Positions 49,737 through 59,416 of a DNA stretch of 64,000 bases are shown here, in pieces. The notes under the pieces were generated by a model, which ran no database searches, had not been told where the DNA came from, and saw only the letters and a program-made list of their open reading frames with translations. The DNA lies in contig JAHPZE010000004.1 of NCBI GenBank assembly GCA_019058365.1, positions 230,469 to 294,468 of the forward strand, written 5' to 3'. This DNA is from Promethearchaeota archaeon (GTDB lineage Archaea > Asgardarchaeota > Lokiarchaeia > Sigyniarchaeales > SOKP01). A program made the translations under genes and the position numbers. Position 1 is the stretch's first letter. Every line of letters starts with the position of its first letter.

Positions 49737-50441
49737 ATGCAAAAACAATTGGAAATCCCCCGTTTTAGAAGTTTAATATACCGTAGTGGGTGGCTCTATA
49801 ACGCAATTACTAGGAGATTATATAATCAAGATACAAAATTTCTTACAATTGCGTTACTAGTTGGAAAAGGTCCAAAAAAAGTTCTAGATTTGCCCTGCGG
49901 TACCGGATATTTAATGCGTTTTTTACATCCCACAATAGAATATGAGGGTGTAGATCTAAATCATCGATTTTTAAAACGAATAAAAAGTAAGGAACTTAAA
50001 CTGAGAAATATTAAATTAAAGAAAATAATATTATATCAGAAAAATATATTTGACTTTAAGAACTATCAAGGGGAGAAGAAGGATGTAATTGTTATTAGTG
50101 ATATTCTGCATCATATATACCCAAAACATTTTGATTTAATTAATATGGCTAAAAAGATCGCACATAAAGTTATAATTTGTGAACCTTATACCGTTAAACC
50201 TAAAGAGATTTCTGCCAGGGATAAGATTTTAAAGGTCGTTATATATTTAGGTAAATATTTGCCGAAAACTTTATTCAAAATAGTTGATTTTTTCTTTTTA
50301 GACAATGATGGTATTAATTCATACCAAAAAAGATCGCAGTGGAATCATAATAAAGAAAGCCTTAAAGATTTGTTTAAAGCAATGGGATTTAATAAAATCT
50401 ACAATATTCTTGATGAATATATTGGCATTTGGGAACCATAA
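49737..50441 (+). CDS. Class I SAM-dependent methyltransferase
   Basis: VLDLPCGTG, GVDLN, DILHH, IICEP. Confidence 0.85.
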   Translation: MQKQLEIPRFRSLIYRSGWLYNAITRRLYNQDTKFLTIALLVGKGPKKVLDLPCGTGYLMRFLHPTIEYEGVDLNHRFLKRIKSKELKLRNIKLKKIILYQKNIFDFKNYQGEKKDVIVISDILHHIYPKHFDLINMAKKIAHKVIICEPYTVKPKEISARDKILKVVIYLGKYLPKTLFKIVDFFFLDNDGINSYQKRSQWNHNKESLKDLFKAMGFNKIYNILDEYIGIWEP

Positions 50442-50466
50442 AAATGAGTAGAGGAGTGATATCAAG

Positions 50467-51135
50467 TTGAAAATCACATTATCACTATGGGATACAGGAG
50501 GACAAGAACGATTTGATTTTTTTAAAACTGATTTTTTCAAAGGTGTTGCTGCATTAGGCCTAGTTTTTGATTTAAGTCGCCCTAATACATTTAATAAAAT
50601 AGATGATTATTTCAAAGAAATCAGGGACAGGTCTGGTAATATTCCTATTTTTTTAATTGGTAATAAGAACGATCTAAAGCAAGATATTGGAGAAACCATA
50701 CCTAAAGAAAAAATTATTCAAAAAGTAAATCAATATTACTTATTTGAATATATCGAAACTTCTGCTTCAGCAAATGAAAATGTGGAAAAATTATTTTACA
50801 GATTAGCTATTGCAGCTTTACTTGATTTTAAACCTAGGCTTGGAGAAATCGTAGATTCCAACCATTTTAGATTTAAAATTTTACTTGCTGGAGCTGCTGC
50901 AGTTGGGAAATCTTCACTAATAAGAACATTTACTAAAAAAAGCTTTGAGCAAGATTATAAATTAACTATTGGTTTAGACTTTATGATACAGGATCTTGAA
51001 ATATATGAAGATGATCTCCCAAATGAAACTCTGGAACTAATTAAAAAATCAATTAAAAGTTATAAAAAATTAATTAAAAAATATCGCAAGAGAGAAGAAA
51101 TATCTGAGATTATAGAAACATTAAAAGAAACATAG
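50467..51135 (+). CDS. Circularly permuted Rab/Ras-like small GTPase (G3-G4-G5-G1-G2)
   Basis: Motifs occur in the order WDTGGQERF, GNKND, ETSA, GAAAVGKS, TIGLDF. SD AGGAGTGA 7 nt before TTG; in-frame TAG just upstream. Confidence 0.9.
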   Translation: MKITLSLWDTGGQERFDFFKTDFFKGVAALGLVFDLSRPNTFNKIDDYFKEIRDRSGNIPIFLIGNKNDLKQDIGETIPKEKIIQKVNQYYLFEYIETSASANENVEKLFYRLAIAALLDFKPRLGEIVDSNHFRFKILLAGAAAVGKSSLIRTFTKKSFEQDYKLTIGLDFMIQDLEIYEDDLPNETLELIKKSIKSYKKLIKKYRKREEISEIIETLKET

Positions 51136-51183
51136 GAATATTTATTGAATTCTCAAAATTACTCCTTTCTGGGTATAATAGGA

Positions 51184-52179
51184 TTATACAAAATGTGTTT
51201 GGCTAGCAATCATATCTGCCTTATGGACTAAATTTGCTAGCTCATTCATATCTATTGGATAATATTTACTCCATTGACCATGATGGAATATGATTGCTTT
51301 ATACATCTCATCGTCATAGAACAAAACATCGTCATTTTTTTTGAGTACTGCTATTGCTTCTTCAATATGATAATGCCTCCCCTCATAATTGAACTTCCTT
51401 ACAATTTCATCATGAACTTTATCTAATTCTTCGCGTGCTACTGTAATCTTAGACGTAAAGTCTTTTTTTTTATAAGAATAATATGATACTTTTCCAAAAT
51501 CGTGATATATTGCAGTTAGTACTGCTTTTTTAACATCAACCTGATAACTCTTAGAGTTGCTTAACTTATAGGCATAATTTGTGACCAATAGAATATGATC
51601 AAATAGACCACCTTCATACCCTCCGTGAAAACCTCTTAAAGCCGCTGGCAACTTTCTTGCTTCTAATAAAATTTCCTTTACGACTTTTCTCGCTGAATCA
51701 TCGAGTTCAGAAAGATCAAAAAAGAAATCAAATCCCTTATAATCAAAATCTAATTGGTTTTTAAGATCTTTATTTATGAAATTATTAATGTCTAATAAAT
51801 CGATTTTATTACTCTGAGTTAGTTCAATTATTTTTGTAGTAAATTCTGTTAAAAGTCTGTGTGCTAATACTGAATCTTGACTATTTAAAATGTAGAAAAA
51901 TTTCACAATATGCTTACAAAATCTGTTATTTGGTTTCTTTCGTGCTAAATAATCAGGACAATCATGATATATCATATCATATAGGGTTTTCTGAGACATA
52001 TCAAAATTAAGCTTATATGGAATTAACTTATTACCTTGTACTTCTGCTTCAATTAATCCAATTTCTTTTTCTATCTTTATAATTCTTATACAATTATTTG
52101 AAATTGATTCTGCTCGATCTAAAGTATTTTTATCGCTTAAATTTTTAAGTATTTCTACAAAATTGTTTTGAATAACCAT
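51184..52179 (-). CDS. SWIM zinc-finger / HD-domain fusion protein
   Basis: VQG...Y...HDCPDY...FCKHI (SWIM); HGGYEGGLFDH...YHDFGK...H...HH...HKAD (HD, YhaM-like). Confidence 0.75.
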   Translation of the reverse strand: MVIQNNFVEILKNLSDKNTLDRAESISNNCIRIIKIEKEIGLIEAEVQGNKLIPYKLNFDMSQKTLYDMIYHDCPDYLARKKPNNRFCKHIVKFFYILNSQDSVLAHRLLTEFTTKIIELTQSNKIDLLDINNFINKDLKNQLDFDYKGFDFFFDLSELDDSARKVVKEILLEARKLPAALRGFHGGYEGGLFDHILLVTNYAYKLSNSKSYQVDVKKAVLTAIYHDFGKVSYYSYKKKDFTSKITVAREELDKVHDEIVRKFNYEGRHYHIEEAIAVLKKNDDVLFYDDEMYKAIIFHHGQWSKYYPIDMNELANLVHKADMIASQTHFV

Positions 52180-52301
52180 TATTTTTTATAATAGTCTTGA
52201 AAATTATTTAAAACAATAGTCTCATATTAATTTAAGTTTTTAAACCAAAAAAAATTACATAATCATATCCTTATTATTTTAAAAAAATTAAGGTGTAAAA
52301 T

Positions 52302-52514
52302 TTGAGTATTGATGAACTACAAGAAGAAGTTGATAAGTTATTAGAAGAAATGGATGAACTTCAAGAAGTTTGTGACACACTTCCGCAATGTAATGAAGAT
52401 GATGGGTGTGCTACATGCGAAACTAATAAAAAAATTGAAGAACTTGAACAAAAAATAGAAGAGCTTGAAAATAAAGTAGAAGCATTGTTGGGAGAAGAAG
52501 AAGATGATGAATAA
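52302..52514 (+). CDS. Small acidic coiled-coil protein with four Cys
   Basis: AAGGTG SD + TTG; C-x5-C-x5-C-x2-C between two heptad helices. Confidence 0.7.
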   Translation: MSIDELQEEVDKLLEEMDELQEVCDTLPQCNEDDGCATCETNKKIEELEQKIEELENKVEALLGEEEDDE

Positions 52515-52584
52515 AATCTCCCTCTTATATTAATAAAAACTTTTCTTTTCTTTCTTATAATTCTCTAATATTTTTAATTTATCT

Positions 52585-53880
52585 TTATAGATTTTTAAAG
52601 AGATATCTCAAGTTTCTTGACATAATAAATTGTTGTATCTGTCTACTTCCTCCAATTATCTCTTGGATTCTTGATATGTTTACATAATCCTGCATAAGTG
52701 TATTATCACATAAGCCAGCTCCACCCATTAAATTTGCAGCTTCATAGCACACTTTCTTAGAAAGTAAAGCACAGTTATATTTGTATTGACTCCCTAGGGC
52801 AACAAATGCACGCGATATGTTTTCTGGTAGCTTACCTCCGTATTTCTCCATTTTTTCATCATAAGTTTCACAAAATTTCAAAATGCCATGAGTAAGAGCT
52901 GTTGTTTTGGCCATTAGGTCTGTCAATGTAAATCCAACTCCTTGAAATAACAAAATTTCCTTGTCAAATTGTCTCCTCATATTAGCATAAATAATTGCAT
53001 GTGCTAATGCTCCCCAACATTCACTCACACCTCTAACAGCAATAGAAATCCTTTCTGGGACCAATCCTTCAAAAAGGTGTTCTCTTCCTTTTCCCACAGG
53101 ACCCAATATATATTCCTTTGGCACTCTTAAATTACTAAAATTCTCTTTTCCTAAGTATAATTTTGGGACCCATGATATTCCTACTCGTTCACAATTCCAT
53201 CCTTCCCATGATGTATTGATAAGAAACTGTGCCATCAAGTTGCCATTGTTTTTTTCAGCAGTAGCATATGCAACTGCCCACTTTGACCTTGGAGCATTAG
53301 TATTAAAAATTTTAGTTCCATTTAAGATGAAACTCCCATCCTCCTGTTCCTGACATATAGTAAGCATATGAACAGCATCAGAGCCCCTTTCTGGTTCAGT
53401 AATCAATAAGCATCCTGGTGATTGACCAGTCACTAACTCCTTTAAGGCTTCAAGTCTTACCGGTACGTTATCATGATGCTCATATATGGGGTTAATACAA
53501 ATGACAGTTGCACCACTGCCCATAGTAAATTGAGGATCAAAAAAATCAAGCGCCAATATTCTCATAAAATCCATAGTCATTCCAAATTCCTTATAGTTCA
53601 AATCAATACATTCATACGCATGTTGGCGAGTTATATATCCTTGTTTACCAAAGTCAGGATACCATTCATAAACATCTTCTTCGAGACCATGTGTTATTTT
53701 TTTCTCTCTTTCATATTTTAAGCTAAAGTTTTGGACTTCTTTAAGAAAGGCAAATTGCTTTTCATTAAGCATAAGGGATAAATTCTCATTAAGAAAATTA
53801 TATCTATTAATTAGACTTAATTTTTCTAAAATTTCATCATTTATTACTTGAGTTTCAAATCTTCTGTCCATAATCATCAA
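52585..53880 (-). CDS. Acyl-CoA dehydrogenase family protein (paralog 1)
   Basis: ITEPERGSDA, LNGTKIFNTN, RRQFDKEILLFQGV, LMGGAG, QEIIGGSRQIQ. Confidence 0.92.
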   Translation of the reverse strand: MMIMDRRFETQVINDEILEKLSLINRYNFLNENLSLMLNEKQFAFLKEVQNFSLKYEREKKITHGLEEDVYEWYPDFGKQGYITRQHAYECIDLNYKEFGMTMDFMRILALDFFDPQFTMGSGATVICINPIYEHHDNVPVRLEALKELVTGQSPGCLLITEPERGSDAVHMLTICQEQEDGSFILNGTKIFNTNAPRSKWAVAYATAEKNNGNLMAQFLINTSWEGWNCERVGISWVPKLYLGKENFSNLRVPKEYILGPVGKGREHLFEGLVPERISIAVRGVSECWGALAHAIIYANMRRQFDKEILLFQGVGFTLTDLMAKTTALTHGILKFCETYDEKMEKYGGKLPENISRAFVALGSQYKYNCALLSKKVCYEAANLMGGAGLCDNTLMQDYVNISRIQEIIGGSRQIQQFIMSRNLRYLFKNL

Positions 53881-54055
53881 TTTTTATTATATTGAGATGT
53901 AAAATCATAATGTTTGATATTGATATAATTTTTTTTAATTTTTTAAAAATAAAATTATTTAAAGAACTTGAACAAACCTTATTATGGAATATAAAGTTAT
54001 ATTTAAAATGAAATTCTATTCTATAAATTTCAAATTAAAATAATCAAATTTAGAG

Positions 54056-55363
54056 ATGAATAAAATGGCTGAAAAACAAAAGTTTGAGACACAAGTAATA
54101 AATAATGAAATTCTAGAGAAATTGAACCTTAAAAATCGATATGCTTTCGTTAATAATAACTTAACTCCACTGTTATCTCAAGAAGAATTTAATTTTTTCC
54201 GGAAAGTTCAAAGGTTCTGTCTCAGATTTGAGAAGAAAAATGAGATCACCCATGGTCCGGGGGAAGATGTATATAGTTGGATTCCTGCATTTGGAGTGGA
54301 GGGTTATATCACTCGACAACATGCATTTGAAATGATTGACTTGAATTATCCTGAGTGGGGTTTAGCAGCAGATATGCTTCGTACCATTGCAATTGATAAC
54401 TTTGATCCCCAATTTTCTATGGCGGGCGGAGCTACAGTTTTAGCAATTAATCCTATATATGAGCATCATGATAACGTACCAGTAAGACTTGAAGCCTTAA
54501 AGGAATTAGTGAATGGCCAATCTCCAGGTGCAATTCTTATTACTGAACCTGAAAGGGGTTCAGATGCGGTCCACCAACTAACAACCTGTAAGGAACAAGA
54601 AGATGGGAGTTTCATCTTAAATGGAGAAAAAGTTTTTAATACAAATGCTCCAAAATCCAAATGGGTTGTTGCTTATGCCACTGCTGAACAAAATAACGGG
54701 AATATGATGGCTCAATTTTTAGTGAATACCACATGGGAAGGATGGAGTTGTGAACGTGTAGGAATACCGTGGACTCCCAAAGTATTTATAGGCAAAGAGA
54801 AATTTAGTAATTTAAGAGTGCCAAAGGAATATATACTAGGTCCTGTGGGAAAAGGAAGAGAACACCTTTTTGAAGGATTGGTCCCAGAAAGGATTGCAAT
54901 TGCGTATGGAGCTATTGGACAATGTTGGGGCGCCCTTTCACATGCCGTAATTTATGCTAACTTAAGAAAACAATTTAACCAAGAAATATTAAAATTTCAA
55001 GGAGTAGGGTTTTTATTAGCAGATCTATGGGCTAAGGTGACTAATCTAACATTTGGACTTTTGAAGTTCTGTGAGGGTTTCGATGAAAAATTTCAGAAAT
55101 TTGAAGGTAATATTCCTAGGAATATTAGTCAAGCTATGGTCGCTTCAGCAAGTCAATTTAAATATCAAGCTACAGCACTTTCAAAAGAAGTATGTTATGA
55201 AACTGCTAATGTAATGGGAGGTGCAGGTTTATGTGATAACACTCTTATGCAGGACTATGTAAATATTTCTAGGATTCAAGAAATTGTTGGCGGGAGTAGA
55301 CAAATTCAACAATATATTATGAGTTTATCACTCAGAACTTTATATAAAATGTCCGTCTCGTAA
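54056..55363 (+). CDS. Acyl-CoA dehydrogenase family protein (paralog 2)
   Basis: ITEPERGSDA, LNGEKVFNTN, RKQFNQEILKFQGV, QEIVGGSRQIQ. Confidence 0.92.
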   Translation: MNKMAEKQKFETQVINNEILEKLNLKNRYAFVNNNLTPLLSQEEFNFFRKVQRFCLRFEKKNEITHGPGEDVYSWIPAFGVEGYITRQHAFEMIDLNYPEWGLAADMLRTIAIDNFDPQFSMAGGATVLAINPIYEHHDNVPVRLEALKELVNGQSPGAILITEPERGSDAVHQLTTCKEQEDGSFILNGEKVFNTNAPKSKWVVAYATAEQNNGNMMAQFLVNTTWEGWSCERVGIPWTPKVFIGKEKFSNLRVPKEYILGPVGKGREHLFEGLVPERIAIAYGAIGQCWGALSHAVIYANLRKQFNQEILKFQGVGFLLADLWAKVTNLTFGLLKFCEGFDEKFQKFEGNIPRNISQAMVASASQFKYQATALSKEVCYETANVMGGAGLCDNTLMQDYVNISRIQEIVGGSRQIQQYIMSLSLRTLYKMSVS

Positions 55364-55403
55364 AAAAATAAGCAAAATAAAAAGTTATTTTTTATTTTTC
55401 TTT

Positions 55404-56190
55404 TTATTCCGGGATTAATCTGAAAATTCCTTCTAAGTTATCTGAGAGTGCTTTTCGTGTAAACAAATAGGTAATATACCTGCCTTTTACCCAAAGTTTT
55501 ATTAAATCCTTATAATGTTTATGAAAAGGTAATCCTGATTGTCCTTCTGGTAAAGCACCAATTGGTTTATCCTAATCTGATAAATCATATAATTGGCCAT
55601 AGGAAGGTCATACAATAACATCATGATTGCTTAAAGGATCATAATATCCATTGTTAAGTGTATTTGCATCCCTACCAAGTTTAAATGGACCTGCATTTAA
55701 TACCTTAGCATCTTTATTAACGAGTGAAAAGGGATGAGTAAGTGTAAGTTTGTGTAGATTACCCCAATGCCACTTTTTATAATCAGTTGATAATTTATCT
55801 CTTAGAAAATTAATTGTATTTTTAAATGAATTAAATAGTATACCTTCCAGTTCATTTAAATTTTCTTGGTATGAGTCGATAATTCTCTTTAGATTAAATG
55901 GGCAACTTTTACAAAATAACTTCACTATTTCTTCACCTAAATCGGGTGTTAAAATGATCTCAAGTGTCTTCTAATGCCATATTTTAAAAATAGTACCAGC
56001 AATACTATTTTTAGTTAAATAAAAATCCCATTCTTCCAATATTGATATAAAATTTCTGTATTCTTCTGATTTTTTAGTAGATTTTAGATGTTTTAACAAA
56101 ATAGGTAATAATTCAGCAGCTTCTTCAGTATATCTATCAAGTTGAAATTTTTTAAAATCTTCAATTGTAAATTTATCCTTTGATTTCCAT
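55404..56190 (-). pseudogene. C-terminal fragment of a penicillin acylase (Ntn hydrolase S45) with three in-frame stops
   Basis: KFTIEDFKKFQLD...LEEWD...IFKIWH*...WHWGNLHKLTLTHPF...GRDANTLNNG...IV*PSYGQLYDLSD*D...PEGQSGLPFHKHYKD...W; the 5' part is missing. Confidence 0.88.
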
Positions 56191-56227
56191 TTGATAAAGT
56201 GAAAAAGAAAAAAAAATAATAGAGATT

Positions 56228-57511
56228 TTATAGCATCTTAAAGAGCTGTCTTAGAGCCATACTCATAATATATTGTTGAATTTGTCTACTCCCGCCAACA
56301 ATTTCTTGAATTCTCGAAATATTCACATAATCGTGCATTAGCGTATTATCTGATAATCCTGCACCACCCATAAGGTTAGCTGCTTCGTAACAAACTTGTT
56401 TAGAGAGATTCGTGCAATGGTATTTAAATTGGCTTGCTGAAGCGACCATAGCTCGGCTAATGTTTGCGGGAATCTTACCTTCAAATTTTTCCATTTTTTC
56501 ATCATAAGCTTCACAGAATTTAATTAAACCCAATGTCAAATTCGTGGTCCTCGCCCATAAATCTGTCAAAAGGAATCCAACTCCTTGAAATTTTAATACT
56601 TCTTGGTTAAATTGTTTTCTCATGTTAGCATATATGGCTGCGTGAGACACAGCTCCCCAACACTGGGAAATTGCTCCACAAGCAATACCAATTCGTTCAG
56701 GAACAAGTCCTTCGAAAAGATGTTCTCGACCCTTTCCCACAGATCCTAATATATATTCTTTTGGAACTTTTAAATTTTCAAAGTGTTCATGACCAAGATA
56801 GAGTTTATCGACATAAGGAATTCCTACACGTTCGCAAATCCATCCTTCCCATGTGGTATTCACTAAAAATTGAGCCATTAAATTACCGTTATTTTTTTCC
56901 GCTGTAGCGTATACAACTGCCCATTTAGATTTTGGAGCATTTGTATTATATATTTTTTCTCCATTCAAAATATATGAACCATCTTCCTGCTCCTCGCAGG
57001 TAGTTAATTGGTGGACCGCATCAGAACCTCTTTCTGGTTCTGTTATACATATACATCCGGGTGCTTTACCTGTAACCATATCTTTTAAGGCTTCAAGCCG
57101 TTCTGGAATATTTTCATGATGCTCGACTACTGGATTAATCGCTAATACAGTAGCTCCACTTCCCATTGCAAACTGTGGATCAAAATTATCTACAGCAAGA
57201 TATCGGAGGAAATCTGCTACAGCACCATAGTGTTCATATACAACATCTATCATCTCAAAATTGTGAGCTCTTGTAATATAACCTTCAGCTCCAAATGCAG
57301 GAACCCAATCATATACATCTTCCCCCGGACCATGGGTGATCTCATTTTTCTTCTCAAACCTCATGCAGAATTTTTGGACTTTTTTAAAATAATTAAATTG
57401 TTCAGGGGAAAGTATAGCCATTAAATTATTGTTTACAAAAGAATATCGATTTTTTAAGCTCAGTTTGTCGAGAATTTCATCATTAATAGCTTGATTTATA
57501 AACTTTGGCAT
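56228..57511 (-). CDS. Acyl-CoA dehydrogenase family protein (paralog 3)
   Basis: ITEPERGSDA, LNGEKIYNTN, RKQFNQEVLKFQGV, QEIVGGSRQIQ. Confidence 0.92.
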   Translation of the reverse strand: MPKFINQAINDEILDKLSLKNRYSFVNNNLMAILSPEQFNYFKKVQKFCMRFEKKNEITHGPGEDVYDWVPAFGAEGYITRAHNFEMIDVVYEHYGAVADFLRYLAVDNFDPQFAMGSGATVLAINPVVEHHENIPERLEALKDMVTGKAPGCICITEPERGSDAVHQLTTCEEQEDGSYILNGEKIYNTNAPKSKWAVVYATAEKNNGNLMAQFLVNTTWEGWICERVGIPYVDKLYLGHEHFENLKVPKEYILGSVGKGREHLFEGLVPERIGIACGAISQCWGAVSHAAIYANMRKQFNQEVLKFQGVGFLLTDLWARTTNLTLGLIKFCEAYDEKMEKFEGKIPANISRAMVASASQFKYHCTNLSKQVCYEAANLMGGAGLSDNTLMHDYVNISRIQEIVGGSRQIQQYIMSMALRQLFKML

Positions 57512-57700
57512 GGTTTTTTAACCCATTCGTTAATATTTAATTTTTATTAATTAATTAATTATACTAGGGAAAAAGTGCATTAACTTTTTAATTTTTGGAA
57601 AACAAATGTACGATATTCAAAATGGTACATTTTTTTTTAGAAAACTCGTTAATGAAATGGATAATAATGATCGGTTTAATACTCATTTATTATATCAATT

Positions 57701-58453
57701 TCAACAAATCAGTTTCTGTATTCTATTTGATAATCTTTTTGAGATGACTAATCCCGTCTCAAATGGACAGTTACTCTTGAATTGAATCACAGAAATGAAA
57801 TGTTCATCAATTCCCACTAAAGAAAGCACACCAAAATCTTCTAACGAGATGAGTTCATTCACTCTAAAATTACCAGATATAAATCGTCCTTCTAAAAGTC
57901 TAATAATTTCAGATAAAATATTCGGTTCTAAGGATGAAACAATAACTCGACCTGTTTGAGTTAATAAAGCCGAAGAAACAACAAAAGAAGAAAAAGTATG
58001 TAATTCATTAAAAACCCTTAATAAATCTTTTTTAATTTCTTCTGAAACTAATTGACCATGATTCTCCATAATTTCATTTATATCTTTCTCAAACTCAAAA
58101 TATTTTGAAATTTCTCCATCGAAATTGTTGGCTAGTAAGGTTAGATCATACTTCTTTATAAAATGTTTCTTAATTGCTCGTAATTGATTTCTTAGCTCAA
58201 CAAGGTTATCAGTTCGATCACTAAAAAGTGCAAATAACAATTCATCCTTTCCTATTTTTTCAATTTCGAATATAAACCTAAACAGTCCAACTTCAATTTC
58301 AGATAATTCTTCAGTTTTTAGTGTTTGCTTTACAAAAGAGAAAATTGCACTTAGAAAACTACTTGTTAGCTTAACATTAAATATATCTTCATAAGTTTTA
58401 TAGAAGATCAGTTCACCAGTGTTTCCCTTCATTATGAAGATATTTTTTATCAT
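57701..58453 (-). CDS. Longin-like + roadblock/MglB-like domain protein
   Basis: N-terminal IKNIFIMKGNTGELIF...LTSSFLSAIFSF...EIEVG...LLFALFSD (longin-like); C-terminal SSALLTQTGRVIVSSL (roadblock-like). Confidence 0.7.
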   Translation of the reverse strand: MIKNIFIMKGNTGELIFYKTYEDIFNVKLTSSFLSAIFSFVKQTLKTEELSEIEVGLFRFIFEIEKIGKDELLFALFSDRTDNLVELRNQLRAIKKHFIKKYDLTLLANNFDGEISKYFEFEKDINEIMENHGQLVSEEIKKDLLRVFNELHTFSSFVVSSALLTQTGRVIVSSLEPNILSEIIRLLEGRFISGNFRVNELISLEDFGVLSLVGIDEHFISVIQFKSNCPFETGLVISKRLSNRIQKLIC

Positions 58454-58648
58454 TCAACTCAGCTGATTTTTAGCTAATTGATAATATAACTATTTTATTT
58501 CATTAATAATAGTCTATCTATAAAAATTCTTTTATTATTCAGTTTCTTTACATGTACGCAACAAACGAACGAAAAAACCATTATAAAATTTAAGCATCTA
58601 ATAGAAAAACAGATTCCTTAGAAAAATAAAGAAAATTATTTTTTTACT

Positions 58649-59416
58649 TTAAAATCCATCGAATTTTGCCCATTCATCTTCTTCCTCAAGTTCGTCCTCA
58701 TCATCAGTATAATCTTCCATCTCATCGCTTTTATAGCTTTCAGAAACGTCTTCTTCGAACTCTTCAAGTTCATCTTCAAAACTGATAGCTTGTTCTATAT
58801 CAGTGATTGTATCAGCGGACACCTTTATTTCTGGAATAGTTTCTTCTAATGGTTTCTTCTTTTCAACTAATTTTAAATAATCCCCATGGATCTTAATAGT
58901 AATGGGGGTTTCTTCTTGGAGAAGCCTTACAACAACTTCCTCACTACTGCTACTGTCATGAGGCATACGCATTACTAATGCTCGTGATCCTTCAAAAACA
59001 CCACTAATTATTTCAACTGTATCCCCTTCTTCTAAATATTCCGTTACGCTTCTTGGTAAAAGCACGTGTTTGAGTTCTTTAAGTTTAATATTCTGGACAA
59101 TCCTCCCTTTTATATGAGGGATACCTTGTACCGCTATTTGTACATCTCTTTTCTGTGGTGCTTCAAAAAATACATACCCTGGTAATAGAGGGCTAACTAA
59201 CATAGCTCTTATATCGGGAATTACATCCAATATTTTGAATCGATAAAATATTTGTTTTAAAATATTGCTTTCTTGATTTATAGTTGTTCTAACGGCAAAT
59301 AGAGTAGTTAAGTCCTCTAAATCTTCAATATCCTCTTTTCCGATTGTTTCCACTATATTAACTTCTTTACCTTCAACTTTTTTCGTATCTTCTTCTTGAT
59401 CGGTCAATTTTATCAC
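58649..59416 (-). CDS. spt5: Transcription elongation factor Spt5/NusG with acidic extensions
   Basis: NGN FAVRTTINQE...LPGYVFFEA...IPHIKG; KOW EGDTVEIISGVFEG. Probable start TTG 59407. Confidence 0.88.
   Translation of the reverse strand: MIKLTDQEEDTKKVEGKEVNIVETIGKEDIEDLEDLTTLFAVRTTINQESNILKQIFYRFKILDVIPDIRAMLVSPLLPGYVFFEAPQKRDVQIAVQGIPHIKGRIVQNIKLKELKHVLLPRSVTEYLEEGDTVEIISGVFEGSRALVMRMPHDSSSSEEVVVRLLQEETPITIKIHGDYLKLVEKKKPLEETIPEIKVSADTITDIEQAISFEDELEEFEEDVSESYKSDEMEDYTDDEDELEEEDEWAKFDGF

Noticed and set aside
55404-56190. Stop-codon recoding (Sec/Pyl) in the acylase fragment
   Set aside because: The stops are mixed (TAG, TGA), each is one substitution from a plausible sense codon, and the gene lacks its 5' part; simple decay fits.
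57604-57632. Inverted repeat AAATGTAC-N13-GTACATTT upstream of acyl-CoA dehydrogenase 3
   Set aside because: Single AT-rich occurrence, not seen upstream of the other two paralogs; too weak to call an operator.
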